Below, piece by piece: positions 38,550-49,000 of a stretch of DNA of 64,000 bases. Source of the stretch: an uncultured bacterium. Lineage in GTDB: Bacteria > Actinomycetota > Coriobacteriia > Coriobacteriales > Coriobacteriaceae. The stretch spans positions 23,589 to 87,588 of the forward strand of contig CAJMOF010000005.1 of NCBI GenBank assembly GCA_905215065.1, read 5' to 3'. The first letter of the stretch is position 1. Each line of letters starts with the position of its first letter. Under the pieces are notes generated by a model. It was not told the origin of the DNA. It ran no database searches and was given only the letters and a program-made list of their open reading frames with translations. The translations under genes and the position numbers were made by a program.

Positions 38550-38745
38550 GTCTACTCCCGGTGTTGGCATAAAAGGACGCGCACCATTGTATACGTGCCG
38601 TCGACGGCGCTCGGCTGCAATTCGTTTACGGTGATAGGGGCTGAGGGGTTTAAATATGAAGGAATTATGCTCTACGAGATTTTCCTTGCCGTTTACCGAA
38701 CTCCCGCGTAATATTCTTTCTTGCGCACATGAGGCGCCCAGACAT

Positions 38746-38822
38746 TGCGGGGTGGAGCAGTCTGGTAGCTCGCCGGGCTCATAACCCGGAGGTCGTAGGT
38801 TCAAATCCTGCCCCCGCGACCA
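38746..38822 (+). tRNA. tRNA-Met (CAT), initiator type
   Basis: Near-identical in pattern to bacterial tRNA-fMet: GCGGGGTGGAGCAG..GGGCTCATAACCC (three G:C pairs closing the anticodon stem)..GGTTCAAATCC..CCCCGCGACCA. Encoded CCA. Weak T1/G72 pair. Confidence 0.9.
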
Positions 38823-38831
38823 AGAACTTGC

Positions 38832-38862
38832 AGCTCGTCGGCCTAGCCGGCGAGCTTTTTTG
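38832..38862 (+). terminator. Terminator after the tRNA
   Basis: AGCTCGTCGG CCTAG CCGGCGAGCT followed by TTTTTT. Confidence 0.65.
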
Positions 38863-38907
38863 TTATTCCGGGACCGTGTTTTCGGCACGGTTTTCAACCT
38901 CTCAAAC

Positions 38908-39135
38908 AAAATCTCGATCTGTAACGCGTAGACCCGATTTGGACGGCTAGATGTTACAGATCGAGATTTTCCGGCAGCCGGCCCCCGTTTGTCTAAATCT
39001 GTAACACGAGGGACGGATTTTGCCGAGTTGTTGTTACAGATTGAGATTTTCTAGCAGGCGGGTTTGGTTTGTCTCGATCTGTAACAGTTGCTCGGCAAAA
39101 TAGGGTCTTACCGTTACAGATTGAGACAAACCCGC
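38908..39135. repeat. Three tandem ~80-bp units, each an 18-19-bp stem hairpin
   Basis: Left arms ..TCTCGATCTGTAAC start at 38908, 38987 and 39067. Right arms GTTACAGAT(C/T)GAGA.. start at 38953, 39033 and 39113. Loops are about 27 nt. Confidence 0.8.
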
Positions 39136-39268
39136 GGCCAGGCCCACCCCATCCACCAGCCCTTACCCGCTATCCGCCGATTTCCGTTGCGCCCTCGTGC
39201 CCCCATGCCATATCCTCGTTGTAACTACGCGGCATCATCGCCGCCGCGCCTACAAGAGAGGAATGTCC

Positions 39269-41299
39269 ATGACCACACCTGCGTCCAAGCTGCTTCAACC
39301 CATTACGGTTGGCCCCCTTGAGCTCAAAAACCGCATTATGTTCCCGCCGCTTACCACCGGCTACGAGGAGCGCGACGGTTCCATTGGCGAGCGCAGCCTG
39401 GCTTTTTACGAGCGCCTGGCCCGTGGCGGCGTGAGCTACATCGTCATCGGCGACGTCGCTCCCGTTATGACCGCGAGCCCCACGCCCAAGCTGGCGACCG
39501 ACGCCCAGATCCCCACGTTTAAGGCGCTGGCCGACACCGTTCACAAACACGGCGCCAAGGTCGCGCTGCAGCTGTTCCACCCCGAGTACGACGTGCCCGG
39601 TGTCGGCCGCATGGTCATGGGTTCCATGGCTGCCGCCAAGGCCGCACAGGAGGCCAAAGCCGCCGGCGACGAGGAGACCTTTGCCGCCAAGATGGCCGAG
39701 TCCAACGAGATTCGCAATCAGGCCTACGCCAAGCTGCACCACGACATGCAGCACTTTGTGAACGAGGCGAGCGTAGAGCAGCTCACCCAGATCAAGGAGG
39801 CCATCGCCGCCTCGGCCGCTCGCGCGCAGCAGGCCGGCATCGACGCCATCGAGGTCCACGGCGACCGCTTGGTGGGTTCGCTGTGCTCGGCCATCCTCAA
39901 CCAACGCACCGACGAGTACGGTGGTTCGTTCGAGAACCGCGTTCGCTACGCGCTGGAGGTCGTCGCTGCCATTAAGGAGGCCGCGCCGCAGCTGATGGTG
40001 GAGTACAAGCTCCCCGTGATCATGGAGAACCCCGACGGCACGCCGCGCGGCAAGGGCGGCCTGCAGCCCGACGAGGCCTGCGAGTTTGCCAAGCTGCTCG
40101 AGGGCGCGGGCATCGATATGATCCAGGTCGCACAGGCCAACCACACCGGCAACATGGGCGACACCATTCCGCCCATGGGCGCCATGCCCTACAACTGGAC
40201 GCTGCCCGTGGCCGAGCGCGTCAAGGCCCTGGTCTCCGTGCCGGTGGCAACCGTCGGCCGCGTTGTCTCGGTCGAGGCCGGCGAGAAGATTCTGGAAGAC
40301 GGCGCCGCCGACATCATCGCCTATGGCCGCTCGCTCATGTGCGACCCCGACATTGCGCTGAAGGCCGCTACGGGCGAGCCCATCCGCGAGTGCCTCAACT
40401 GCAACAAGGGCTGCGTCGACGCGATTCAAAACCGCAAGTACATCTCGTGCGTGCTCAATGCCGAGAACGGCGACGAGGCGACCATCGCCATCAAGCCGGG
40501 CGAGGGCGACAAGAAGATCGCCGTGGTGGGCGGCGGTATTGCCGGCCTGGAGGCCGCACGCGTGGCGGCCAAGCGCGGCTACGACGTGACCATCTACGAG
40601 GCGAGCGATCACTTGGGCGGCCAGATTGTGCTGGCGGCTGCGCCTCCGCGCAAGGACGAGATCATGCGCTCGGTCGAGTACTACGAGAAGATTCTGCCTG
40701 GCCTGGGCGTGAAGGTTGAGCTCAGCCATGCCGCTACCGCTGAGGACCTCAACGCCGCCGACGCCGCGATTGTGGCCGTGGGCGCGCACGACGTGGTCAT
40801 CCCCGTTCCGGGCGCCGACTCGGACAAGGTCGTCTCGAGCTGGGACGTGCTGGCCGGCAAGGTGGAGCTCAGCGGCCGCGTCGCCGTCATTGGCGGTGGC
40901 CTGGTGGGCACCGAGACTGCCGAGTATCTGCTGCAGCACGGCTGCGAGGTGGCGATCGTGGAGATGCTCGACAAGATTGCCGCGGGCGAGTCCGAGACCA
41001 TCCTGCCGCTGATTATGAGCGACTTTGCCGAGCACAACGTGGAGCAGCACGTGAAGACCCGCCTGACCGCCATTACTGACGAGGGCGTGGAGGCCGTTCG
41101 CACCGCCGAGGACGGCGCCGAGGAGCCGGTGAAGATCGCCTGCGATTACGTGGTGATGGCCGTGGGCTCCAAGGCCAACGCGTTTGACCTGGACGGCGTG
41201 ACGGTGCCCGTGACCTGCGTGGGCGACTGCTCGGGCGAGCGCACCGCCGACATTGCCAGCGCCATCCGCACGGCATATCACGCGGCCAACGAGCTGTAG
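39269..41299 (+). CDS. NADH:flavin oxidoreductase of the OYE/2,4-dienoyl-CoA reductase (FadH/BaiH-like) family
   Basis: N-terminal OYE TIM barrel (LKNRIMFPPLTTGY, HGDRLVGSLCS). 4Fe-4S motif CLNCNKGC..(11)..C. Two C-terminal dinucleotide folds (VVGGGIAGLEAA, VIGGGLVGTETA). Alternative start at 39263. Confidence 0.85.
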   Translation: MTTPASKLLQPITVGPLELKNRIMFPPLTTGYEERDGSIGERSLAFYERLARGGVSYIVIGDVAPVMTASPTPKLATDAQIPTFKALADTVHKHGAKVALQLFHPEYDVPGVGRMVMGSMAAAKAAQEAKAAGDEETFAAKMAESNEIRNQAYAKLHHDMQHFVNEASVEQLTQIKEAIAASAARAQQAGIDAIEVHGDRLVGSLCSAILNQRTDEYGGSFENRVRYALEVVAAIKEAAPQLMVEYKLPVIMENPDGTPRGKGGLQPDEACEFAKLLEGAGIDMIQVAQANHTGNMGDTIPPMGAMPYNWTLPVAERVKALVSVPVATVGRVVSVEAGEKILEDGAADIIAYGRSLMCDPDIALKAATGEPIRECLNCNKGCVDAIQNRKYISCVLNAENGDEATIAIKPGEGDKKIAVVGGGIAGLEAARVAAKRGYDVTIYEASDHLGGQIVLAAAPPRKDEIMRSVEYYEKILPGLGVKVELSHAATAEDLNAADAAIVAVGAHDVVIPVPGADSDKVVSSWDVLAGKVELSGRVAVIGGGLVGTETAEYLLQHGCEVAIVEMLDKIAAGESETILPLIMSDFAEHNVEQHVKTRLTAITDEGVEAVRTAEDGAEEPVKIACDYVVMAVGSKANAFDLDGVTVPVTCVGDCSGERTADIASAIRTAYHAANEL

Positions 41300-41325
41300 T
41301 CGAGAAAGCTATCGCGTATTGAGTG

Positions 41326-41362
41326 GGCGGGGAGTGCCGTATCGGTGCTCCCTGCCTTTTTG
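41326..41362 (+). terminator. Rho-independent terminator of the reductase gene
   Basis: GGCGGGGAGTGCCG TAT CGGTGCTCCCTGCC followed by TTTTTG. Confidence 0.65.
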
Positions 41363-41394
41363 TCGATAAGAGGTGCTCCTGACCAGCGGATTCA

Positions 41395-41497
41395 GAAAAT
41401 CCGAATCTTATGCATCCGAAAATCCGAATCGTAGAACATGAAAATCCGAACTATATGAACACGAAAATCCGAATCGCAACCACCCGAAAATCCGAAT
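41395..41497 (+). repeat. Iteron-like array: five direct copies of GAAAATCCGAA(T/C) with 22-23 bp phasing
   Basis: Copies start at 41395, 41418, 41440, 41463 and 41486. Confidence 0.85.
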
Positions 41498-41556
41498 TTG
41501 CTACAGTGGAATAGAAGAATCAGAAAGCAGGACCTGGAAATCTGCGGGGGCGGCTC

Positions 41557-42861
41557 ATGGCAGGCGAGAGGCTACATCGGGACGGATACATCCCACGTAT
41601 CGTGGATGCGCAAATCGAGCGCTACCTTCGTGTCTTTGGCGCGGTCGAGATTGCGGGCACCAAGTGGTGCGGCAAGACGTGGGCCGCGCTTGAGCACGGG
41701 GCGTCCGCCTCGTATGTCGACGAGAATCTCGACCTCGCGCGTGCCGACCCGGCGATGATGTTGCTGGGAGACCGTCCGCATATTATCGATGAGTGGCAGC
41801 GCGTTCCCCAAATTTGGGACTACGTTAGACACGAGGTTGATCGCACCCGGGGCACGCGCGGCGCCTATATCCTCACGGGTTCCGCCACGCCTGCGTTTGG
41901 CTCAAAGGCGGAGGCGCCCGCGCATAGTGGAGCCGGCCGCATCGGCCGCGTCCGCATGCACCCCATGACGCTTGCCGAGACAGGTGAGTCCAACGGCAAG
42001 GTGAGCCTGGCGGGCTTGTTTGAGCATCGTTTTGAGCCCTGCCGGTGCAATGGCGATACACCGGGGCTTGTCGAAGCCGCCTGCCGCGGCGGCTGGCCCG
42101 AGGCGATCGATATGGTTTCGGCTGACGCCCAGCTCATCGCCCGCGAATATCTCAACACCACGTTTTCGAGCAGCTTTCCGGCGGTCGGTCTCGACCCCGA
42201 TATTGCTCGTCGAGTCTCCGCATCGATCGCGCGCAATCTGGGACAGGCAACCACGTATAAAACGATTCTTATGGATATGTTCGGTGCCGAGGAGGAACCC
42301 GCAGCGTTTGCCGATGAGACCAAGGTGCGCAGGTACTTGGATGCTCTCAAAGGCATGTTCATTCTCGAGGAGGTCCCCGGTTGGGTTCCCGCCGCGCGCG
42401 ACAAACGGCGCTTTACCGTCAAGCCCAAGCGCTATCTGGCAGATCCGAGCCTTGCTTGCGCCTTGCTAGGTATGTCCTTGCAGGCGCTGCTTGCCGACTG
42501 GCAGACATTTGGTCTGGTGTTTGAGAATTTGGTCATACGCGACCTTTCGGTCTACGCACGTTCGCTCGACCTGCTGGATAGCACACCCGTGCGCTATTAT
42601 CGCGACGATTCGGGCCTTGAGTGCGATGCTATCGTGCAGCTAGCCGACGGACGGTGGGCCGCCTTTGAGATTAAGGTAAGTGAAGATAAGGCGAGTGCCG
42701 GCGTTGAGAGCCTCAAGCGCGTTCGCAAGAAGGTCTGTGGAAATCCTCGTTCACGCACACGCGAACCGGAGTTTATGGCCGTGATTGTGGGGGTGGGTGA
42801 GTACGCCCGCGAGGTCGAGGACGGTATCTACGTGATACCCGTGCGCGCGTTGGGGTGTTAA
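41557..42861 (+). CDS. AAA-family ATPase with C-terminal DUF4143-type domain
   Basis: YIPR..D..IERYL, Walker-A-like GTKWCGKTW, ILTGS. The C-terminal region with YYRD..G.E.D.I matches the AAA_14/DUF4143 architecture. Confidence 0.75.
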   Translation: MAGERLHRDGYIPRIVDAQIERYLRVFGAVEIAGTKWCGKTWAALEHGASASYVDENLDLARADPAMMLLGDRPHIIDEWQRVPQIWDYVRHEVDRTRGTRGAYILTGSATPAFGSKAEAPAHSGAGRIGRVRMHPMTLAETGESNGKVSLAGLFEHRFEPCRCNGDTPGLVEAACRGGWPEAIDMVSADAQLIAREYLNTTFSSSFPAVGLDPDIARRVSASIARNLGQATTYKTILMDMFGAEEEPAAFADETKVRRYLDALKGMFILEEVPGWVPAARDKRRFTVKPKRYLADPSLACALLGMSLQALLADWQTFGLVFENLVIRDLSVYARSLDLLDSTPVRYYRDDSGLECDAIVQLADGRWAAFEIKVSEDKASAGVESLKRVRKKVCGNPRSRTREPEFMAVIVGVGEYAREVEDGIYVIPVRALGC

Positions 42862-43136
42862 GGGGCGGCACGCCGTGTGCCCGCTGCCCGGTGCTGCGGA
42901 TTGGTGCAAGTGGTCAGGTTTGTTTGCACCATGTCCTTGGCATATGGAAGAAGCTGCTATTCGTAATCTTTAAGACATCATTAAGGCTTGCGCTGTGGAG
43001 CAAACCGCAGGTCAATGCTATTCTTTTACCTTATCGTATGGTGTTGTATTCTGCCTGAATTCTCTACCTGCGAACAACGGATAAACGCGACCGAGCGTAA
43101 AGGATGGCACGCCCGCTAGCAGGGCAAACGTAAACG

Positions 43137-44195
43137 ATGAGTGGCATGGACCGACATAGCGAGCTCCAGCAGCACAAGACGGCGGCCGAGTACCGCCAGG
43201 CTGCCGACGAGCACGTGCGGACCCTCAAGGGTTTCTGGAAGGATTTCCTGGTGAGCGGTCTGTTTGTGCTGGCCGCCATTGTCGCCATCTTTGCATGCCT
43301 GGCCTGGTTTGCCGGGAACAACCGCGTGAGCGCTACGGGGAGCACGATCGCGGCGAAGGGCCCGCGGTTTGTGCTCTCGGGAACGCAGGGCGGCACGGCG
43401 GGTAAGTACGACACTCAGGACAACTACGCGTCGGACAGTACAAGCCTTGCCGTGAACAATCTTTTCAACCTCAATAACATGAGCACCGATGGCGGTCTCT
43501 CTCCGGGGTCGGCCGGCCAGCTCCAGCTCAACGTCAGGCCGCTCTGCAATGACCTGCACGATATCACGGTGGAGATGACCTGGGAAATTTCTGTTCAGAC
43601 GAGCGTTGCGGGCACGGGCGGCACTGCTGCGGATGCATCGAAAAACGAAGAGATCATCAACTCGCTTAAAGATTTGGTGCGCGGTCATATCCTGGTTTTT
43701 CAGGGCAAAGATGCCTCTGGCTTTTACTCGAATCCGCTGGTCCCCACGACCACCACGGTGACCCAGGACGGGGCCAGCGTCACCGTCATTACGCAGAGCT
43801 TTACCATCCCAAAGTCGAGCTTTTACGCTGCGGACTCAAATAGCACGACCGAAACCGTCACCAAAACCCTCTACTGGATTTGGCCGGAACAGTTCAAGAG
43901 CTATGTTCGCACGGGCAACGCCGGCTACGGTGGCAACCTTTTCGCTAACACAGGCGACGAGGGGGGATACACAACCCTCGTCGGCGACATCAACAATAAC
44001 CACGCGCGCTATTTCCGCGCCGATAGCACGAGCGTGCCAGGTCAGGCGCCTAGCGCGGTTCCGCCTGTCGGAGCCGGCGTGTCCTCTGCGGATGTGGAAA
44101 CCTGCGCCAGCTACTACAACAACGCCGACGAGATTATCGGCAAGAACGTCAAGTACATTCGCGTGCGCTTCACCGCCAAGGAGGCGGATAAATAA
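43137..44195 (+). CDS. Signal-anchored extracytoplasmic protein 1 of the giant-protein operon (hypothetical, TasA/SipW-signal-like N-terminus)
   Basis: About 35 charged residues, then one TM (FLVSGLFVLAAIVAIFACLAWFAG), then NNRVSATG. Contains an LSPGSAGQLQLNV strand-like motif. No RBS evident. Alternative ATG at 43146. Confidence 0.7.
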   Translation: MSGMDRHSELQQHKTAAEYRQAADEHVRTLKGFWKDFLVSGLFVLAAIVAIFACLAWFAGNNRVSATGSTIAAKGPRFVLSGTQGGTAGKYDTQDNYASDSTSLAVNNLFNLNNMSTDGGLSPGSAGQLQLNVRPLCNDLHDITVEMTWEISVQTSVAGTGGTAADASKNEEIINSLKDLVRGHILVFQGKDASGFYSNPLVPTTTTVTQDGASVTVITQSFTIPKSSFYAADSNSTTETVTKTLYWIWPEQFKSYVRTGNAGYGGNLFANTGDEGGYTTLVGDINNNHARYFRADSTSVPGQAPSAVPPVGAGVSSADVETCASYYNNADEIIGKNVKYIRVRFTAKEADK

Positions 44196-45011
44196 ATGGA
44201 CGAGCAGCTTAATGCCCGCGAGCAGGGCGATATCAAACACAACGAAGGAGCGGCAAACCCCGGCGGCAACGGGTTCGGCTCGCACGGCGAAGCGCGTCCG
44301 GCTGGCCGCATCGAGCGCATCAAGGCTTGGGTGAGCGACCGCCGTCGCGAATCCCTGGCCATCGTGGGTCTGGTGGCCGTGCTTCTCGTGTTGCTGGGAT
44401 TGACGCTCGGATGGTTCGTCGATGCCAATCGCGGCTCCACCGTTGGCAAGATCAAGGAGCCGGCGGAGCTCAAAGTGCTGGGCCCCAACGCTACGGCAAC
44501 AGAGCAGGTCGACCTGAGCTACAACCCCGAATACGGCGATACCAAGACCGGCAACACGGTGACGCTCAAGCGCCCGTTTTGCGTGCAGACGGGCGGTGAC
44601 GGTTTTGAGCTGCAACTCGCGAATACGACCAACATTACGGGCCTCACTATCGAGCTGTATAAAGCTGAGGATACGGGCCTAGGTGATGCTCCCGACGTGA
44701 GGGGCACTGCGGGCGGCAAGCCCTATAGCTGGAAAATGTATGAAACGGATCTGCTGAAGAGCTTCACGCCCATCGAAGACCCGGGCGAGGGCGCAAGCGA
44801 CCCTACATTCAAGGACTATCAAAAGGTCCAGCGCAACGCGCGCCCGCTCTACCGATACAAGGTGTTCAACAAAGACGAGCTCAATGCCAAGACGCTCGAC
44901 GGCTCGACTGGCAACGACACGCTTAACTTCATCATCAAGCTTTCGTGGGACGAGAGCACCAAAGAGACCGACGTGATCTACCTGATCGCGCGCAACACGA
45001 GCGGTAAGTAG
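44196..45011 (+). CDS. Signal-anchored extracytoplasmic protein 2 of the operon (hypothetical)
   Basis: The ATG directly follows the previous TAA. RBS AAGGAGG. About 52 charged residues, then a TM (LAIVGLVAVLLVLLGLTLGWFVD), then ANRGSTVG. Shares the W-F-x-x-x-N-R-x-S motif with protein 1. Confidence 0.75.
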   Translation: MDEQLNAREQGDIKHNEGAANPGGNGFGSHGEARPAGRIERIKAWVSDRRRESLAIVGLVAVLLVLLGLTLGWFVDANRGSTVGKIKEPAELKVLGPNATATEQVDLSYNPEYGDTKTGNTVTLKRPFCVQTGGDGFELQLANTTNITGLTIELYKAEDTGLGDAPDVRGTAGGKPYSWKMYETDLLKSFTPIEDPGEGASDPTFKDYQKVQRNARPLYRYKVFNKDELNAKTLDGSTGNDTLNFIIKLSWDESTKETDVIYLIARNTSGK

Positions 45012-45025
45012 GAGAGGGGGCGCAC

Positions 45026-45970
45026 ATGGAGAAGCAAGGGAGGCAGCAGGATGCCGAGCGCGAGCAGCTGGCAAAAAGCAAAAGCCTAGTCAAGAATAAG
45101 CTGGTTGTGGCGGCAATCGCACTTGTTTGCGCCGTGGCGCTCGTGACGGGTGGTTACTTTACCTATTCCGCCTACACCGCCAACGGATTTCTAAAGTCCG
45201 TCGCCGCAACGGGCACCGCGCAGAGCCTGTTTGCGAGCGATTTGCTCACGGGCTATATGAGTACGCCTAGCAACGACGACCTCGCCCGTGCCCAGCGCTC
45301 CGTTACGGTGTATCCCAGCGGCGGACAGTGCAGCTTCACCTTTAGCATCTACAACTATTTGCTGAGCAACAGCAACTTCTGCAACGACAAAAACGTGACG
45401 TACACCTTGACGGTCGAGGGGCATGGGCTCGATGGCGCCACGTGGAGCTATGAACCCCAGCCCGGTAGCAGCGTCACGCTTCCGGAGAATCAACCTACCA
45501 AGAACACCTACACCGTGACCTTCCCCGAGGCTAAGTTGGGACAAGCATACTTTGTGATTAAGGCCACGGTCGTATCGGAGAAGAGCCCCGGCACCGAGCT
45601 AGCCTGTCTGGCGGCGAAAGTCGTGCCGTCAAAGAGGGCCGAGGTCAAGACCGCTGCGGTTGAGGGCGCGCTGGTCGATGAGGCTGGCAAGTTTGCTGAT
45701 TACGCTGCATACAACTACCGCGTGACGGTTACGGGCGCACTGGCAAACGTCACGCTCACGTGGGGGGAGAACGTGGAGATCGACCCGTTCTTTGAGACCA
45801 ACCATAGCGCGACGGTGGATGCTGCAGCTCGCAAGGCTACGTTCACCATGGAGCCGGGTTCGATGGTCGTCAACTTTTACCGAGCGGACGGCAAAACGCC
45901 CGGTGGCTGGGGCGACCTGGACATTAGCGTGAGCGGAACTACTCTGACGGGCGCGACGGAGACTCGATAA
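45026..45970 (+). CDS. Signal-anchored extracytoplasmic protein 3 of the operon (hypothetical)
   Basis: RBS GGAGAGGGGG. Charged N-terminus, then a TM (LVVAAIALVCAVALVTGGYFTYSAYTA). The remainder looks beta-rich (TYTLTVEG, NYRVTVTG). Confidence 0.75.
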   Translation: MEKQGRQQDAEREQLAKSKSLVKNKLVVAAIALVCAVALVTGGYFTYSAYTANGFLKSVAATGTAQSLFASDLLTGYMSTPSNDDLARAQRSVTVYPSGGQCSFTFSIYNYLLSNSNFCNDKNVTYTLTVEGHGLDGATWSYEPQPGSSVTLPENQPTKNTYTVTFPEAKLGQAYFVIKATVVSEKSPGTELACLAAKVVPSKRAEVKTAAVEGALVDEAGKFADYAAYNYRVTVTGALANVTLTWGENVEIDPFFETNHSATVDAAARKATFTMEPGSMVVNFYRADGKTPGGWGDLDISVSGTTLTGATETR

Positions 45971-46009
45971 CTCTGGAAGCGGAGTTTTAGGATAAGAGGT
46001 ACGGAATCG

Positions 46010-49000
46010 ATGAGAACGGCAAAGCGCATATTCGCAGAGTTCATGACGGTGGTCATGGTGCTCCAAGCATGCTCGCCCACGGTGGCTGCTGTGGCGGCAG
46101 GCTGGCAGAACATCTCGAACGAGATTGCTGCCGCATCTGCGAAGGCGTTGGATACTGCCGAGAGCGGCGAGACCAACGGCGATGTCACGATCGGGTCTGG
46201 GTCGAGTGATGCCGGCGCCGACAGCGACAGTGCTGGGGATGACGCGGTGAAGGATGACGCTGCAGCAGGCGATACCACCGATAGCGCCACTGGTTCCGAT
46301 TCCACGGGCGACCAGACGGAAGGCGACGATGCCGCTGACGATGCCGCCGCTGACGACGCCGAGCAAGATGCCGATGATGCGACTTCGGAGGACGCTGATG
46401 CCCAGGCGGGTGCGACGATCACGGATTTGAATAAGCTCGTCGAGCTGCTCGAGAAGAACGGCGCGGAAAGCATCGTGCGCAAAGACGACGAGAGCGGAAT
46501 CCGAAGCCTCGATGTCAAGTCGTCGGAGGCGTTCGCCGTCCTGTCTAACGCCGACGCTTCGCTTTACTATGATGCGCAGATCAAGGTTATCATCACGGGC
46601 GATGCGAAGCTCACCGAGTCGGCTAATAACGGCATGTCTTTCCAGGGTCTTGGCAGTGATGAATGTCCGTTTGAAGGCAGGATCTATAGGGACGTTGATA
46701 GTCCCGTCGAGCTTACGACTGATCGGACGGTTTTTAATAACCTCAAGCTGTCTGACCAAAACAAAACGGTCAGGATAAAGTGGGTAGGCGCGACTAGCTA
46801 TAGCGCACCGATGGTCGCTTCGAAGGTCAGCGGTGCGGAAAACGGCGAAGAGAGCAAGACACTCATCGCGTCGGTTGACATCGTGGAACCCGTGAACGTT
46901 GATGTGAAGGATGCGACTTCCGCCTTGACGGCACCCCTCCTGGGTGCGACGACGGGCGACCTTGCTGCGAACGTTACCTATAGCCTCACCGATTCTCGAA
47001 AGAATCTCAACGCGAATGCGACGGGCAACATTGGCTTGATTGCCAACACGGTCGAGAGCGGGAGCTTGACGGTTGAGTCCGTCACGTTCCCCAACGATCT
47101 GACCTCAGGCGGAGCCGTCAAAACGAGCTCTGGCAACGCTGGCCTGCTCGTAGGCGAAGTCAAGGACGGTGCGACCCTGAGCATTGGCACTCTGGCAAAC
47201 GTTCCCACCGCCACCGTCCAGTCTACGAACGGCTCCGCCGGTGGCGTTGTAGGACTCGTTGGCTCGAGCACGGGTGCCATGGTCAACGTCGCGAAAGCTC
47301 TCGACCTACACGCGCTCACCGTCAAGGGCACAACTGCCAGCGGCGGTTTTATTGGTAAAGCGACCGTGCTCACACTGGGCGCGGATAATAAGCAGATTGG
47401 GTGTCCTCTAAATATTGGCGACGAGAACAGCGCTTGCTCTGGTGGCGTTATCGGCGACGTGAGCTTTGCGCAAGGATTTGCCGTTACGTCCAATATGTTC
47501 GACCTGGGCGACCTTGTGACTCTTGGTGCGTCGCAGCGCGCCGGCGCTCTTTTTGGCATGGCCGATATCTCTAATGGAGACATCGTGGTGCAAGGCGGGA
47601 CGTATAAGAGCAAACTCGCCTTACCAGAAGATGTTAGTGTCAACGGCAGCTACGGCGGCCTTGTCGGCAAGGTGTTCGCGACGAAAACGGACGACGACGG
47701 CGCTTTGCGCGCCTTTGTTGTTGAAAAGGATGCAGATAATAAGAATACGTGCTCAATTGAGTTTGACCTTGCGAGCAAGTTGTCCGACGCAGGCGGCGTT
47801 GTTGGCTATGTTGGCGATAGCGCAAATCCTAACTCGCAGCCCGTTGCCGTTGTCTTCAACGGCGTGACGGTTGCGTGCAAGGGAGATGCTTCGGCGCGAA
47901 CGGGTACCGGAAAGTTCGGTGGCGCCGTGGGCGTTGTCGATACGCGCAATGTCCTTGACGTGCGAGATTTCAAACTTACAAGCGACAATCCTATCGGTAA
48001 GGCGCAAAGCAACCGTGCCGCGGGAATTGCGGGATCCGCGTGGAATGCTGTAATCAAATTCAGCGGCATCACGGATCTGTCGGGCGCAAGTTTTGCCGAG
48101 AACGCCACGACGGGTCAGCTCGTATACGAGAACCACAACGCGCTGATCTTCGCTGCCGGCAATGGCTCTAATGGTGATCTGGGAGACAAGGGCGCTGCGG
48201 TCTGGACCTTCAAGCGTAGCAACTCAGCCTCAAAGACGGACGACATCGCGACCTACGGTGAAGTTGTTCGTCTGGGCGGCGACTTCATTAAGCTTGATGT
48301 GGACACTCATAAGTTGACCTTGCCGGATTCGCTGACGGCAGCTAACGGTGCCTACGCCCTAACCACAGCTGAGGATTTCGCCAAGCTTGCGATTACCTGG
48401 CAAACCAACGGCTACTACTCGATGGTTGACGGCGTTACCGAAAACAACCTTAACGGCTTGCAGTCCTCGACCATTACGGTGAACGGCACTATTGATCTCA
48501 AGGGCACGGGCCTGACGGGTTTCACGCAGGATCGTGCAGACGGCTCGCAAGTTTTCTCGGGAACGTTGAACGGTGGCGGCACAATCAATCTTGCCGTCGG
48601 CGAGGCGTACGGCAAGCGTGGTGAAGACGTGCTCGACGGCAATAACACGAGCAACGGCAACGGCAAAATCTACCGCCACGGCCGCTTGGGCTTGTTCGCG
48701 GCCGTCAACGGTGCAACCATCTCCAACGTCACAATCGCTGGCTCCATGAAGTTCGATAACGGTTCGGCTATCGATGCCGGGTCGCTTGCGTGTGCCATCG
48801 TCGGCAACCTGTCATTGTCTGGCGTAACGTGCAAAACGAATATCGCGTGCGATGATACGTTTGCCAATGACGTGAACATTGGCGGTATTGCGGGCAGCGT
48901 GCTGGCGGCTTCTACGGTTGCGTTTAAGGATAACAGCAAGGCTCAAGCGACCATCGCTGCAACTAAAACGCTTAACGGCAATAGTCGCATTGGCGGCGCC

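Noticed and set aside
37701-38909. 402-aa ORF in the track, extending coaX upstream.
   Set aside because: The extension reads antisense straight through the tRNA-Met gene and its terminator. The CoaX N-terminal motif MLLAIDMGNT begins at ATG 38549, which has its own GGGAG RBS.
38908-39135. Possible small CRISPR array after the tRNA.
   Set aside because: The repeats occur as inverted pairs forming hairpins with ~80-bp periodicity and only three units. The loops are partly related to each other, and no cas genes are nearby.
39170-41281. 703-aa ORF on the minus strand. Similar long antisense ORFs lie at 2989-4152, 5737-7392, 11097-12503, 12871-13806, 19402-20826, 21918-22910, 22910-23932, 27843-29345, 34567-35980, 36083-36952, 37638-38711, 45629-46759 and 50372-51679.
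   Set aside because: Each lies exactly antisense to, or out of frame with, a CDS that has clear family motifs. Their translations are Arg/Ala/Gly/His-rich low-complexity strings with no motifs. This is the classic high-GC open-frame artefact.
41557-42861. DUF4143 AAA ATPase as an integral fifth component (for example a secretion or assembly ATPase) of the giant-protein operon.
   Set aside because: It is separated from the first small gene by about 275 bp of AT-richer, promoter-like DNA. This ATPase family is commonly a stand-alone accessory gene. Linkage cannot be excluded but is not supported by the sequence alone.
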